A stretch of DNA of 63,318 nucleotides, filler included, from Conidiobolus incongruus B7586 (lineage: Eukaryota): assembly GCA_000697335.1 (NCBI GenBank). It is 8 parts of 8 records of this genome, joined end to end, with 100 filler letters (N's around TTAATTAATTAA, not from the genome) between each part and the next. Parts side by side here need not be neighbours in the genome. Positions count along the whole stretch, not along the records: positions 1 to 15,576 come from JNEM01006000.1; 7 more parts are not named here. One strand, 5' to 3'. The notes beneath the pieces were generated by a model that was not told the DNA's origin, did not search any database, and worked only from the letters and a program-made list of their open reading frames with translations. Numbering within the stretch: position 1 is the first letter of the stretch; each line of letters starts with the position of its first letter. A program made the translations under genes and the position numbers. Shown here one piece after another: positions 1-12,784 of this stretch.

Positions 1-513
1 TAATAAGTGAGTATTAATTATTATAATAAATTATAATAGTATATATTACTTTTATTTAGTTTTTAAAAGAAAATTTATAAATAATAAACTTTATATTATT
101 TTTTTAAATAAAACTATTTTTAATTAATATTTTATATAATAATTATAAAATATATAAATTTAATGATATAAAAAATTTTCTAATTAAAAATAATTAAAAA
201 AAAACTATTATATTTAATATATTCTTTAAATTATAACTTATGTAATTATAATTAACTCAAGTAATTAAAAAACTAGCAAATAAAAGAAAATTTTTATTGG
301 AAAATTTAATTGATTTATAAAAAATTAAATTTTAGTTTTTAATAAAAAACTGTTTTTTAAGTGTTAGAAGTTTGTTAAAAATATAACAAAAAGTTATTAA
401 TAATCAAAGAAATTAATAAATTTATAATATATATTTATTTTTATATATTATATATCAAAATGTTTATTTATTTTTAATTGCAAAAAATTCCCATTATTTA
501 AAATATAAAGTAA
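1..513 (+). mobile_element. 3' part of a hypermutated mariner-family DNA transposon (truncated by the window start)
   Basis: Aligns by eye to ~16490-17027. Ends in the right TIR ...AAAAAATTCCCATTATTTAAAATATAAAGTAA followed by TA. Confidence 0.8.
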
Positions 514-1033
514 TATCTAATAATATATTATTATTTTGATCATAATGAATACAAAATTCAATTGATATATTTATGAGTTTGTTAATGAATTATAAGCTAA
601 TTTCTGAAAATACATAACTTTGAATGAATATAAAAGTAGTAATTATTGTCATAATATAAGCATTATATTAATCAAATTCATCTATATCAATACACCATAT
701 TTAAACTTCCCAAAATTTAAAATTATCAAAGTGATTTTGGTAATGTGAAAGATGTGCTAAATATTTATTTTAAACACTGGGATTCTAGATTAACCAAGTT
801 AATAATAAAACCAATTAAAAATAATCTAATAAATATATAAAGCAAGTTATTCTTTTTAAGTTTGTATTTTTAGATTAGTCATTAAATCATTTCAAATTCA
901 AATTCAAATTCAAATTTATATACATAATACCAATTAAAGACACTTTATTCAAATAACTAATAAAAAATTAATACAGTAAATTATGATTAATCAAAATATA
1001 ACCCATTTTAATTAATAGAAAGACGTAAAATTA

Positions 1034-1898
1034 TCAATATTTTCCATAATAAGGAATTTGATACCTTTATGTTTCTCTCCAGTATTCTTTTCCAACTGAT
1101 TATTCTGAACAATTTCAAAGATATCTTAAATTAATTAACTATGGCATTCTGAAAATCCTTTCTTCTCCAATAACTGTTGTATTTCATCATGAGAAATATC
1201 ATTGTATTCGACCTCTTCGTCCATGGCTTCACTGATTCATTTTGTAATTACCTTGCCATTGTAAGGTTGTCTCCAGCAATGCATACAGTTTTAAATCTTA
1301 TATGAGAACCAATATCATTGCGATAATGGATCAAAGCGCAAGCCACTGCACAGGATATCTCATACATGGAAATATATGCAACGTTGTGATGGTCAAGATT
1401 CTATTCAGACTACCATGATTCCCCGAAAATTTAGAAGCGTGAATTAAATTATTTAAACATCACATTGAGCAATAGCTCTCTTTCAAACTGCTTGCTTTCA
1501 TATCTTTTTTCCAAACCATAGAATCTTCTCAATGAGCTGTCACTGACTGATCTCTTGAAGTTCCATTGGAAGATCAATTTGGCATATTCAACATTGGCTT
1601 TCTGAATCTCATTCATCATTTCCATAGCAATGGCAAACCCGTTGTCACGTGAGTGGACAGAATGACTATAATATCCACTTTGTTCAAATAATCCCTGGAA
1701 TTGCTGAGGTCACATTAGTTGTACTGTACGACTTCAGCCCCTATCTTCTCCAATTCTTCTTGTCTAAATTTATCCAAGATACCCGCCCCGACATATTCCA
1801 AGTGATTTTTGAATTTATCCGATTGCAAGAAACTATATACCACAGAATATCTTTAACTTTCATCAACTGCATAAATGAATACCCACTTTATTCATCAT
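1034..1898 (-). pseudogene. Degenerate NmrA-like / atypical SDR NAD(P)-binding protein
   Basis: Minus-strand pieces read ELEKIGAEVVQYN*..YLNKVDIIVI, MNEIQKANVEY, VAYISMYEISCAVACAL and EAMDEEVEYNDISHDEIQQLLEKKGFSE in different frames, with stops and frameshifts. The order of these pieces resembles the NmrA family (by-eye similarity only). Confidence 0.5.
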
Positions 1899-2050
1899 AA
1901 CTATTAATCAATTGTAAACTATTGAAAAAAATAATGGATACGTTTATTTATTAAAAAATTGAACAAAATCAAGATTATGGAAAATATAACATCAACTTAA
2001 TGCATAATAAATTATGTAATTATATTAATAGAAAAATTATATAAAATTTA

Positions 2051-2928
2051 TTAAAGTACTTGAATACCATTTTCCTTTTGATTTAAAGCATTTTGATCGT
2101 TATTCAAATGATCAATATTGTTATAAATCATCCAATCATATTTCAATCCTTGGATATTTAGAGTTTGATGATTTTTCAATTGATCAATATCATAAGTTAA
2201 TTTGACATGGTAAAGTGAGCAATTTCTTGGAAATGATAAATTGAATGAAGGAGGAAAGAAATCATTGAAGAATTGTAAAACTCCTCCATGAGTGACGAAT
2301 AGAACGGTCTGAGGAGACTCGTCTTCGGGGAGGTCAATAAGATGTTTTTGGATAATTTTCACTGTAAAATTCTTGATACGTCCTCCAAATGCTGGATCAT
2401 TTTCACCAGTGCGACATATGCATTGCTCGATGGTTTCTTTAAAAAGCAGTTTTGCATGAGCCTCTCCAACAGATAAACCAGTAATAATTCCGATATCCTA
2501 ATTCAATCATTTTTTAAATAAAATAATCAAATTTACATCAATAATATTTACTCTTTCTCTCAATTCTTTAACATAGCTAACATTATAATTGGATTTTTGA
2601 TTTAATAAATATGGTTCTATAGTCTATTTGGTGGAATGAATATCAAGCTATCTAGCGATCAAAATGTATAGTTACTTGTCTAGTTCTTTTTAAATCACTA
2701 CAATAAATTTGATTAAATTGCCAATTTAATTGGCTTAGCCTCTGACATAATAATTTAGCCTGATATTGGCCAGTTGCATTTAATATAGTATCTTTATTAT
2801 GAATTTGATTAATGCTATATATTAATTATATTAATGATATTATTACCAAATTGACCTTGAAACTTTCTTGGAGGTACGTTATAATCCGTCTCTCCATGTC
2901 TTATTATAATTAAATTTAATTCTTTCAT
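2051..2928 (-). CDS. Histidine phosphatase / phosphoglycerate mutase family protein (4 exons)
   Basis: Spliced reading MKELNLIIIRHGETDYN..FQGQFDTILNATG..YCSDLKRTRQT..ELRERDIG..VLFVTHGG contains the RHG, SDLxR, LRE and THGG motifs. Three GT-AG introns. Confidence 0.9.
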
Positions 2929-3242
2929 TATTAATATAAATATATTAATGAGGACTTAATTTTATTAATAAGTACTTTTAAAATATTAATAAAAAATTAT
3001 GGGTTGATTAGATTATTAATAACCAGTTTAATTTTAATATCCCTATTTAATTCATTTAATCCTTAAAATATTCAACAAAAAAAATCAAAACATTTGTATA
3101 AATAAATTTTAAATCTAAATATATCCATTTATATTAGTACTGATTATAAATTAAATCTTGATTAAGAGATAAGATGAATTATATCTCTCATTTGAAATAA
3201 TTATTTTAAATATACAAATAATTTGTAATAATAATAGTCAAT

Positions 3243-4766
3243 ATGATAATAATCAAAAATAACATAAAATTAAATAATTTATCATCGAATTTTTTAATAA
3301 AAAATTTTAAAATAATTAAATCTATAATGACAGAAGTCCATAAAATTAAAACTGAAAATGAGAGTTTAAATTATGAAAATAATTTAGTTGAGGTATTACA
3401 AATATTTGTTAATAATATTATTTTAAGGTTAACATTTTTATATTTAAGGGAAACTTACCTGTATTGACTGATTTACATAAAAGAAATCATACTTATTTGA
3501 GAATTTCTTTAACTGAAAAGTGTAATTTACGTTGTAAGTATATATATATATCAACATTATCTAAATATTATTAATAAATATTGTTAAGGTACTTATTGTA
3601 TGCCTGAAGAAGGAGTTCCTCTAACACCTAAAGACCATCTTCTAACAACCGATGAAATTGTGCAATTGGCTAAATTATTCGTGGACCAAGGTGTTGACAA
3701 AATTAGGTTGACGGGAGGTGAACCAACTCTGAGACCTGACTTGATAGATTTAATAAGTAACATGATAATATTAAATATAATATATCTTATTCATTTTATT
3801 TATAGGTAGATTGAATGAATTAAAGCAAATTGGTTTAAAGAGTATTGGGATCACATCAAATGGCATCGCTCTAAAAAGGAAATTGGTTAAATTGAAGGAC
3901 GCTGGTTTAGATAGTTTGAATTTGAGTTTAGATACTTTAGATCCTTTTCAGTTTCAGATTATGACAAGAAGAAAAGGTATTCATTCTTTTGTATTATTAG
4001 CTGATAAAATAAAACTAATAATTTTGTAGGATTAGAAGCTGTACTAGAATGTATAAATCAATCTGTAGAAATAGGCATTCCCAATGTCAAAGTGAATACT
4101 GTAGTAATGAAAAATATAAATGATAAGGAAGTACTTGATTTTATCGAATTAACTAAAGATAAAAAATTACAAGTTCGTTTTATTGAATACATGCCATTTG
4201 ATGGTAAATATTTTTATATCATTATATTTATATTGATCCATATTAATTATTCTTTAAAGGTAATAAATGGAAGAATAACAAATTAGTTCCATATAAAGAA
4301 TTATTAAAATCCATTAAAGAAAAATATCCTAATTATTATAAATTGAAGGATGGGCCTAATGATACTACCAAAGTAATTCATTTAGCATTTTATTGATTAT
4401 ATCATATTAATGAAATTGATTAGTATTATAAAATACCCAATTACGAAGGCAATTTTGGTTTTGTTACATCCATGACGGACCACTTTTGTAATACTTGCAA
4501 CAGGTTGAGAATTACAGCTGATGGCAATCTAAAGGTAATTTAATACCAGTTATTCCTTATTAAATCATAATAACCCTTTCTTTGTATAGGTGTGTCTCTT
4601 TGGCAACGCCGAAATAAGTTTAAGAGATATGCTGAGATCCAACATCCAAGAAGAAGAAATGCTGAATTTAATTAGTATGGTAGTGAAAAGGAAGAAACCA
4701 TCTCACGGAGGTGCTGATAATATCCTCAAAATTAAAAATAGACCTATGATTTTAATCGGTGGTTAA
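3243..4766 (+). CDS. moaA: GTP 3',8-cyclase (molybdenum cofactor biosynthesis, radical SAM; MoaA/MOCS1A/Cnx2 type), 8 exons
   Basis: [19 protein letters not shown] (CX3CX2C), [46 protein letters not shown] (second Fe-S cluster) and C-terminal RPMILIGG*. Seven GT-AG introns. The basic N-terminus resembles a mitochondrial presequence. Confidence 0.95.
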
Positions 4767-5112
4767 TGAATATATTATATACATATATGTATTCCAGGAT
4801 TTTTGAATTGTAATTTATGTTTAATAAAAATCATTTAAGTGTATTATATATATATATATTTTCAAATAAAAAGATTCAATAGCTCTCATGACTGTTTTCC
4901 TCAACTATTAATTAAATTAATAGTTATGATATTTCTATATAGTAATATATATTTTATCAATACTTAAGATATAATCTCAACAATAAAGTTAATTAACTAG
5001 TGAATAACGTCCCATAATATTTTTTAATTACTTTTACAAATATAAAATTTTTATAAGTTGAATTAATTGATACGTAATATTTGGATTATATTAAATTGAA
5101 TAACAAATAAAA

Positions 5113-5897
5113 ATGTCTAAAACTCAAGAAAAGCAAGAGTTAATCGATTTAACTTCCCTACCTTTGCCGGCTTTAAAACAAGTTAGATCTCAATTAGATG
5201 AAGTAATATAGAAATAATCTTTGGCTGAATAATAATTAATTTTCTTAATTATAGGAAATCAGTGTATTGAGCAATAGCTTTAACCAATTAAAGAGAGCTC
5301 AGTCTACTTTCGCAGACTGTGGTAGTTGCTTACAAAATTTGAAGACAGCTGAAGAAGGTAAATTATTTTATAATCGTAAATTTATTAACTAATATATTAA
5401 TACTTTTATAGATCAAAAAATTTTAATTCCACTAACGTCATCTATATCCTTTTTCATATAATTTGTTTTTTTTTAATTTTATTAATTTTTATACTATACT
5501 TCTTCCTTAATTCTATTCTTCTTTTACCTCTATGTTCCAGGCCAAGTTAAAGATATTGAAAAAGTTATTATTGACGTAGGTACAGGTTATTATGTTGAGA
5601 AGGTAAATATAAAATAAATTATCAATAATATTTTATTTGGTTTATTAATATTAATTAAAAAATAGAATTTAGATGAAGGCATTAAATATTTTGACGATAA
5701 AACTGAATTTATCCAAAATGGCTTGAAAGATTTAGAACAAAATATTAATGCTAAACAGAATAATATGGATGGTAATTTATTCATCATCATTTTTAAATAA
5801 TACATATATTAACTAAATTTTTATAGTGGTTTTACAAGTTATCAATATGAAAACTCAAGAAGCTCAAAATCAAGTTAAAGATGATAAATCTAAATAA
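5113..5897 (+). CDS. GIM5: Prefoldin subunit 5 (alpha type), 6 exons
   Basis: [39 protein letters not shown]..|[41 protein letters not shown].. contains the signatures PLTSSLYVPG and [11 protein letters not shown]. Confidence 0.95.
5444..5527 (+). other. U12-type (minor spliceosome) AT-AC intron in prefoldin 5
   Basis: 5' end ATATCCTT, branch site TTCCTTAAT at 5503-5511, 3' end TTTTAC. Removal restores LTSS|LYVPG. Retention gives an in-frame TAA. Confidence 0.93.
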
Positions 5898-7750
5898 TTT
5901 ATTTGATCTATTAAATTTATCTAAATTTCAATCACCATTTTTTATTTAATATATTAATAATTTCGATTTACAGTTTATTGATTCATCTTTAACATTAAAA
6001 TAATGGTTAAAATATATTATTTTAAGGCTACTTAAATATTAATTTTTCAATACTTCAATTTATATTCTAGAATCTCCAATCAAATTCGATAAAAATGATT
6101 TGCTAGAATTATTAATTATTAATTTTCTAAATGATTCAGAGTATAAGCAATTTCATTAAATAAAAATAATTTTAATACTAATTTGATATATTTCATACAA
6201 TATATATATTCACATCATATAAGAGAGGATCCTCATTATCAATAATATGTAAATTTATTAAATTTTACTGAGAAAAACTTTATTATCGACATTTATAAGT
6301 ATAATGAGTTAAAATTTGATGAATATCAAATAATCTGAAAAACTATTATATTTTAATATTATTTTAAATAAAATTCAATTTTATTATTTTTAAAAATTCT
6401 AATTCATTATCAATTTATTTCAATTAATCAAATCATAATATTCTTGATATATTGATTAATTTTCTACTCCACAGTAACCCAAGCTATTAATCATTAATGA
6501 TTTATATTGCTATTATAAAACAAATTTACAATATCTATTTTTAATATTTTATAATATAATTATTTGGAACTTGAAAGGTACAATGAACACTTAATAATTA
6601 GTTAATAACTTGATAGCCCAGCATAATGTCATATAATAATATCATTCAACAACTGTAGAATACATAATTTGTTCAATTTTTAACTATAAAAGTAAATAGA
6701 TTTTATATTTTATAAATTGAACTATATTTTATAGATATTTTTTAAAGATTTAAATACATTAATTTTCAAAATTTGATGATTATTTTTATTTTATTAATCA
6801 TCTATTTACACATTTAATCGAACTATTAATTAAAGTGGTTTTCATACTAATATTTTTAGTTAAATAATGTTTTTGATTCAATAATGTGAATACAATAATA
6901 TGAAATGTTCCTCATTTTTTTTCAATTTTTTTGTAATGTGTAGTTTCGGAAGGAGGAGGGAGGTTTATTAGAGAATAGATTTATATTTCAAATTTTATCC
7001 TAGTCAATAGTATTATCGCAAAAACTCTGTTTCTTTGCGAATTAACATTAATATAATTTGATATTCTCCTGAGTAATAAATGATAGTTTATTCTATCTTA
7101 AAGATTGGTATTGTTTAATCATAATTAAATAATAACTGAGTGTTTAAATACAAACTTACTCTTGCGAAATTAGAATTTAAATTAATCTTGAAAGAATACA
7201 GTGTTAAATATAAAAATATTTTTAATTTCTGATTAGTAAAATTTTTATAACTTGATCAAATATATCGTTAGCTTAACAATGAGACTTAGGATTGATAAGA
7301 AATGTTCATTAAAAATAATATTCTTAGTTTAATAAACTATTCAAACTTAACAGATAAAATATTGATATACTAGATAAATAATAATAATAATAGTAATAAT
7401 AGCAACCTATATTAACATAAATCATGATACCAATTAATAAAAAATACGAATAGGAATATTTTGTTGAACATTAAATATTGATAGTTATCAGATATAATCA
7501 TTTGATGTTGACCCCTATCCCTATTGTCCAAAGTCTCCCCATTAATTGATATTTATTTATAAACGTTGTACACATAAATACTGTTTTTACTCCCAATTAA
7601 TCTGAACAGTTATATTAAATAATCATACTGGATTGTAAGGGAAGATTTTATATATTCATATTTCATCCATGAAATGGTATATAAGTTTATCTTGGTCAAA
7701 ATTCATAATGTTGATTTTTAACAATTAATTAATTCAACATATCAATAACA

Positions 7751-8199
7751 ATGAGCTCCAAAACCGTTTTTTACTTTTTTTTCTGCTTTAATGGCTCAAG
7801 ATACTGGGGGAGATGGTGCCAAATATCTCCAAGAAAAGAACTGTGGAACTGGTTTGAACTGCATTCAAGATTGTTACCCCAATGCTCAACTCAAAAGCGA
7901 TGATGCTCAAACTTTGTTGACTGCATTTTTAGCAAATGTGGCAAAGAAAAGGAAAATCAAACCAAGTATGTCTACTATATCTCCAGCTGCTACGCTAACA
8001 GTACCAAGTCAGACAAGGATGGCTAGGACTAGAAACATGACAAGGACAATATGGATAAGGATGATTCAATTCTGACGATAAAATCTCCACCAAAGGTGCT
8101 GACAAGTCCAAGGCCAGTGAAATCTTCCCCAATAACAGCAGTGCTATGACTTTAGTTAGCTCTGGTACCTTAGCTGCTTTCTTGTCAATTGCCGTCTAG
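7751..8199 (+). pseudogene. Disrupted small Cys-rich secreted, probably GPI-anchored, surface protein
   Basis: Signal-like start MSSKTVF.. frameshifted in a T run; Cys-spaced core (KNCGTGLNCIQDCYP..DC..SKCG..SSCY); D/K-rich linker with two TAG stops; hydrophobic tail NNSSAMTLVSSGTLAAFLSIAV*. Confidence 0.55.
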
Positions 8200-9913
8200 G
8201 CCCACTAATTTAATTATATTTGAGTAATTTATCAGACCAATATATTCCTATTAATATTCAAGTAAACCCGTTGATGAAATAATTAATAAAAACCAAATTT
8301 AATTTTTTCAGTATTCATTGGAATTATGCTCAATAATATTTCAGAGTATATTCATTAACAATATTATAAACTCCTTCTATTTATATACTTTTGAAAAATT
8401 GATAACTCTTAATTGTGGATATATATCCTTTAGTTGATTCGGCTCCAAAAATACTAGTAAATGGATAATATTGAACCGATTCAATTTTTATTAATAAACC
8501 AAAATAAAATAATATATTATGGTCACTCTAATATTATAATTAGATACCATAATAAGGAATAAGTATATCTTTTATAAAAATGAAAACTTAAATAATATAC
8601 CTGTTATTGATTGATAAGTTTGAATTTTACTATATAAAGAAATTACTAAATACATATATTGAATAAAAATTTGATAATTAGCTCCATAACTTGGTTAGAT
8701 AAAAAAAAGTAAATTATAATATTCTGAACTATTTAAATTTTATATTACTCTTTAAAGTTATATTTCAAGTTTTTGTAATATTTCTAAAATAAATTGCTAA
8801 AATCTAATGGATTTAAAGATCTATTGATAAAGAAAAACAATGTCTAAAGGTTCTTTTAGCTATCAATTTAAATACTGTAGTATTATTTCAACCAGAAAAA
8901 AATACAAAAAGAATGCCAAATCACAAGTAGAGAATGTAGATCATTGAGAATCAAATATTGTTGTATAATTTTCTAATAAATAAAATTCGTAAATATAAAT
9001 TCAGAATTGATTTTGTTTTCAAAAGATATATTAATTATATGGTTTAAAGCGTTAAAATAATGATATTGTATAATATATATAATTTTTAGTTATTATTACT
9101 AATTTATATGATATTTTTCATATTGAATTGTGATTCTAGCGAACTTTTCAAATTCACATATCAATATACAAAGATTAAAATCAAAATTTTCAACTTATTT
9201 GGTTTAAATAATCACTTTATAATATCAAATTGTATATATTTCAATAAATTTAAACATATTGAATTGATTTTTTTAGTTTCATGATTGGTGAGGATTGATG
9301 ACTATAATTGAGTAAAAAATAGTATTGAAATATAAAGTAATTTTTACCCTTAAGTAATTAAAGTATTGTAAGCATCATTTATTAACATTGAGAATAACAT
9401 ATGCAAATTATATCTATTATTATCTCTTTAATTTTCAATACAGTATTTTTGAAACCTTAATATCATAATTTAGCTGATTAATAATTGAGCGTTTGTTTGA
9501 AACACTCACATATATATAAATTAATTACAATCAATTCATCTTACATTAATCTCAAAATACATCATATTAACAATCTCACTAAAGTAATACTTCAAAGATG
9601 TATTTATTATACTATATCAATTCCAATAACTTGAAATAAAATCTCAAAGAAATCTAATAAAAAAATCTAAATTTAGTGATGGATTTAAAGTTTAACTTGA
9701 AAAGTTTTAGTATTAAAATTTGAAACTTTAAATTTTCAAGTAAATTCAAATTAATGAAATTTGAATCGTATTTCTTACAATTTAGTTGAGTTACAAATTG
9801 TTAATATAAATTAATTTAAATAGCTTGAAGTTTCCTTTAGATTGAATAATTCTTGATTGTTTTTAAGTATTATATTTAATATTTTATCATTGCTTATAAT
9901 AAGATTTTTCAAA

Positions 9914-11422
9914 ATGCATTATAAAAAGAATCATAAACATTTTTGGTTGATTTATTTGCTATTGGCTAGTTTGTTAGCTGGTGGTCGATTGCCACAATCT
10001 CAGAATGCAAATATAATCGTAGAATCTTTGAGATCTCAAATGAGTTCAGATACTAGCAACTGTAATAAAATTGATGAGGAGGGGAATAGTGCTTTAGATG
10101 AAGATTTTTATCATAATTTCTCTGCTGAAGATGATCTCGATTTGAAAGGAATTCAGCAGAGTTATAGAACTCATTTCGTTGCTGACGGTAGAATTCATGA
10201 TATAGATATTGACTCGGGAGTTGAAGACGTTAACATACCAAAATTTAAATATTGTCCAGCTCAGTATCCGGTGGATGGTAAACGTATCAATCGAAAAAAT
10301 TTACCCCAGCACTGCCAGGATTCTACAATGAGTACCAAGGTTGGATTTGATCATCCTGTGGATATTCCCACTACTGGTGGTGATACTCTCCCTACTTCTT
10401 ACAGGGTAGGAGTAAGTCCACCACTTCCACAAAATTATAAACTTGTATTCATGGATGATTTTGACGGGGATAAGCTTGATCGTTCAAAATGGTATCATGA
10501 AGTAAATTGCTGGGGAGGCGGCAATGATGAACAGCAATGCTATGTAGATCATCCAGATGTCCTCAGTGTACAAGATGGTAAATTGGTTATGCGAGCGATC
10601 AATGTGCCCGGGGGCTACCAATTAGGCCCTAATGATCATTGTAATGCTGACCCATCAATCATCCCAGACCAAGCATGTACAAAACGACTCCCAGTGAAAA
10701 GTGCAAGAATCAGGACGTATAACCCCAATAATCGCGCTGCAGGCTCTTGGAAATATGGTCGTTTCGAAATGAAGGCAAAACTTCCACACGGAAATTATCT
10801 TTGGCCAGCATTTTGGATGCTTCCCACAGATTATAAATATGGTACATGGGCAGCATCTGGTGAATTCGATATAATGGAGAGCAGAGGTCAAAAACCAGAC
10901 GAAATAGGACATACTCTTCACTATGGATCAAAGTGGCCCAAGAATGTATACAGTAATAAGATGTACTCCCGCGAAGGCCTCAGTAATGAATTCAATGTGT
11001 ATGGCTTGGATTGGGACGAAAAGGCAATTCGTTTTTATGTCAATGATAACTACATTTATCAAGTAGAGACTGCTAGAGATTGGACGTCTCCCGCAGCTAA
11101 AGATTCTTCACCATATACGGCACCTGGTCAGCCATGGGACCAAGATTTCCACATCATTTTGAATCTTGCAGTTGGTGGTAACTTCTTCCCAGGTGGTAAA
11201 TTTGATCCCAACACTGATCCCAAGACATGGGGCCAAGAATTCATCATTGACTGGGTCCGAGTATATCAGCCAGATAAAACAGCAGCATATGGTCATCAGA
11301 GTAATCACACTTCATGGGATTATCCCGATAAGAAGAATCATCCCAATCGATCACATTCAACAAATCACCAATCAGTACAAGCACCAATTCCCATTCATAA
11401 ATCATCTCATACTACATATTAG
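9914..11422 (+). CDS. Secreted GH16 beta-1,3-glucanase (laminarinase / glucan-binding-protein type), intronless
   Basis: Signal peptide after the ATG at 9914. Motifs GGGNDEQQCY, WKYGRFEMKAKLP, LWPAFWMLP, catalytic SGEFDIME (ExDxxE), PWDQDFHIILNLAVGG and IDWVRVYQ. Confidence 0.93.
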   Translation: MHYKKNHKHFWLIYLLLASLLAGGRLPQSQNANIIVESLRSQMSSDTSNCNKIDEEGNSALDEDFYHNFSAEDDLDLKGIQQSYRTHFVADGRIHDIDIDSGVEDVNIPKFKYCPAQYPVDGKRINRKNLPQHCQDSTMSTKVGFDHPVDIPTTGGDTLPTSYRVGVSPPLPQNYKLVFMDDFDGDKLDRSKWYHEVNCWGGGNDEQQCYVDHPDVLSVQDGKLVMRAINVPGGYQLGPNDHCNADPSIIPDQACTKRLPVKSARIRTYNPNNRAAGSWKYGRFEMKAKLPHGNYLWPAFWMLPTDYKYGTWAASGEFDIMESRGQKPDEIGHTLHYGSKWPKNVYSNKMYSREGLSNEFNVYGLDWDEKAIRFYVNDNYIYQVETARDWTSPAAKDSSPYTAPGQPWDQDFHIILNLAVGGNFFPGGKFDPNTDPKTWGQEFIIDWVRVYQPDKTAAYGHQSNHTSWDYPDKKNHPNRSHSTNHQSVQAPIPIHKSSHTTY

Positions 11423-11931
11423 ATCAAGTATAATTAATTCATCCCAATTAACTATATTTTTTATCAAATAAATAATAATTTTCTAATATAATATAAAAAT
11501 AATAATGGTATTGAATATTAATTTATAACAATTGAATTATCTTCTTATTTATTTTAACTTATTTTAATTAATATTTATTTATTTATTCATTTTGATAATC
11601 AAAATTCAAATGAATATATATAATAAAATATTGAATTAATATAATATTTAATTATAATACTATGATCAATAATACAATATATAATAATTACTATTTAAAA
11701 GGGGGTTTGAATAGATGTTATAATATGAAATAGAGTATGTATTGAGTGATCAATTGAAAAATTTGAAACTTATTCATTACAAATTCATATTTTATCAATC
11801 GAAGTGTTGGTATTAAGTTGAATTGTATTACATTTCAAATAGTGTTTAAATTCACCGTTTGTTGAATATAAATGGAAACTTTGGAATGTAACTTGATTTT
11901 TATGATGCTATTCTATATAAAACATAGTTGA

Positions 11932-12399
11932 ATGATTCCTTATTATTATTATTATCACTATTCAATTAATATTTTAAGCTGTGGATTAATATGGCTAAAT
12001 TTTATAGCATTGTTTGATTGCAACGCTTGGCACCAGTTGAATATACCTCATACAACACCTGGTAAGGGAGTAGGCATTCCTCCAATTACTTTCACAATTG
12101 TAAATCCTAAGCCAACCACGAATCCAGGAGCCCCATCCATTCCGATTGGTCAACCTGCACCTACGCCGTATCCGCCATCTCCCACTACAGCTCCTCCATC
12201 TAATACACCAGTCTGGCCAATTCAACAGAATCTAGATATCTTCTGGGCCCTAAGACCGCCCCAAAAACCGAGTATTTGGGACCCTTTGTGGAGTGTCCCA
12301 ATTCTTTTTACCAATGTGTTTTGGGCTGTTCCCCTATTACCACAACCTCCAAAATTACCAAAATACTTTACACCTTCTGAATCAGAGCTTGAATCATAA
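11932..12399 (+). CDS. Hypothetical Pro/Thr-rich, probably secreted protein
   Basis: 155-aa ORF of coding-like GC in an AT-rich background, with a hydrophobic N-terminus, Pro-rich middle and Trp-rich C-terminal part. No family recognised. Confidence 0.6.
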   Translation: MIPYYYYYHYSINILSCGLIWLNFIALFDCNAWHQLNIPHTTPGKGVGIPPITFTIVNPKPTTNPGAPSIPIGQPAPTPYPPSPTTAPPSNTPVWPIQQNLDIFWALRPPQKPSIWDPLWSVPILFTNVFWAVPLLPQPPKLPKYFTPSESELES

Positions 12400-12784
12400 A
12401 TCATACATTATTGGGTAAATTGAACATTATCATATTTTTTTATTTATTCAAAAAAAAATACTATTAATACATTATTACAACATAAAAATTTATTATTATA
12501 GAATTTTATTAGCATATAGACAATATATCATTAATAAAAATTTATATCTATAAAATATTTTGTATTTATTGATAAATATCATACATATATGTTTTGTTCA
12601 AATATAGTTAAGTATTTTGTATAGTAAATAATATATTATGGAAGTGGAGTTATTGGATATTATCGGGTTTGACATGAAATTGGTATGGTATTCTCAGATG
12701 GAAAAAACTTTGAAATAACCAACAAGTTGTGGACCATCAGATAACGGTGATTAAAAGGAAAACAAAAGCGTTAATAAAGAGAAT

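Noticed and set aside
891..917. (TTCAAA)4 tandem repeat
   Set aside because: Ordinary microsatellite with no spacers; not CRISPR-like or telomeric.
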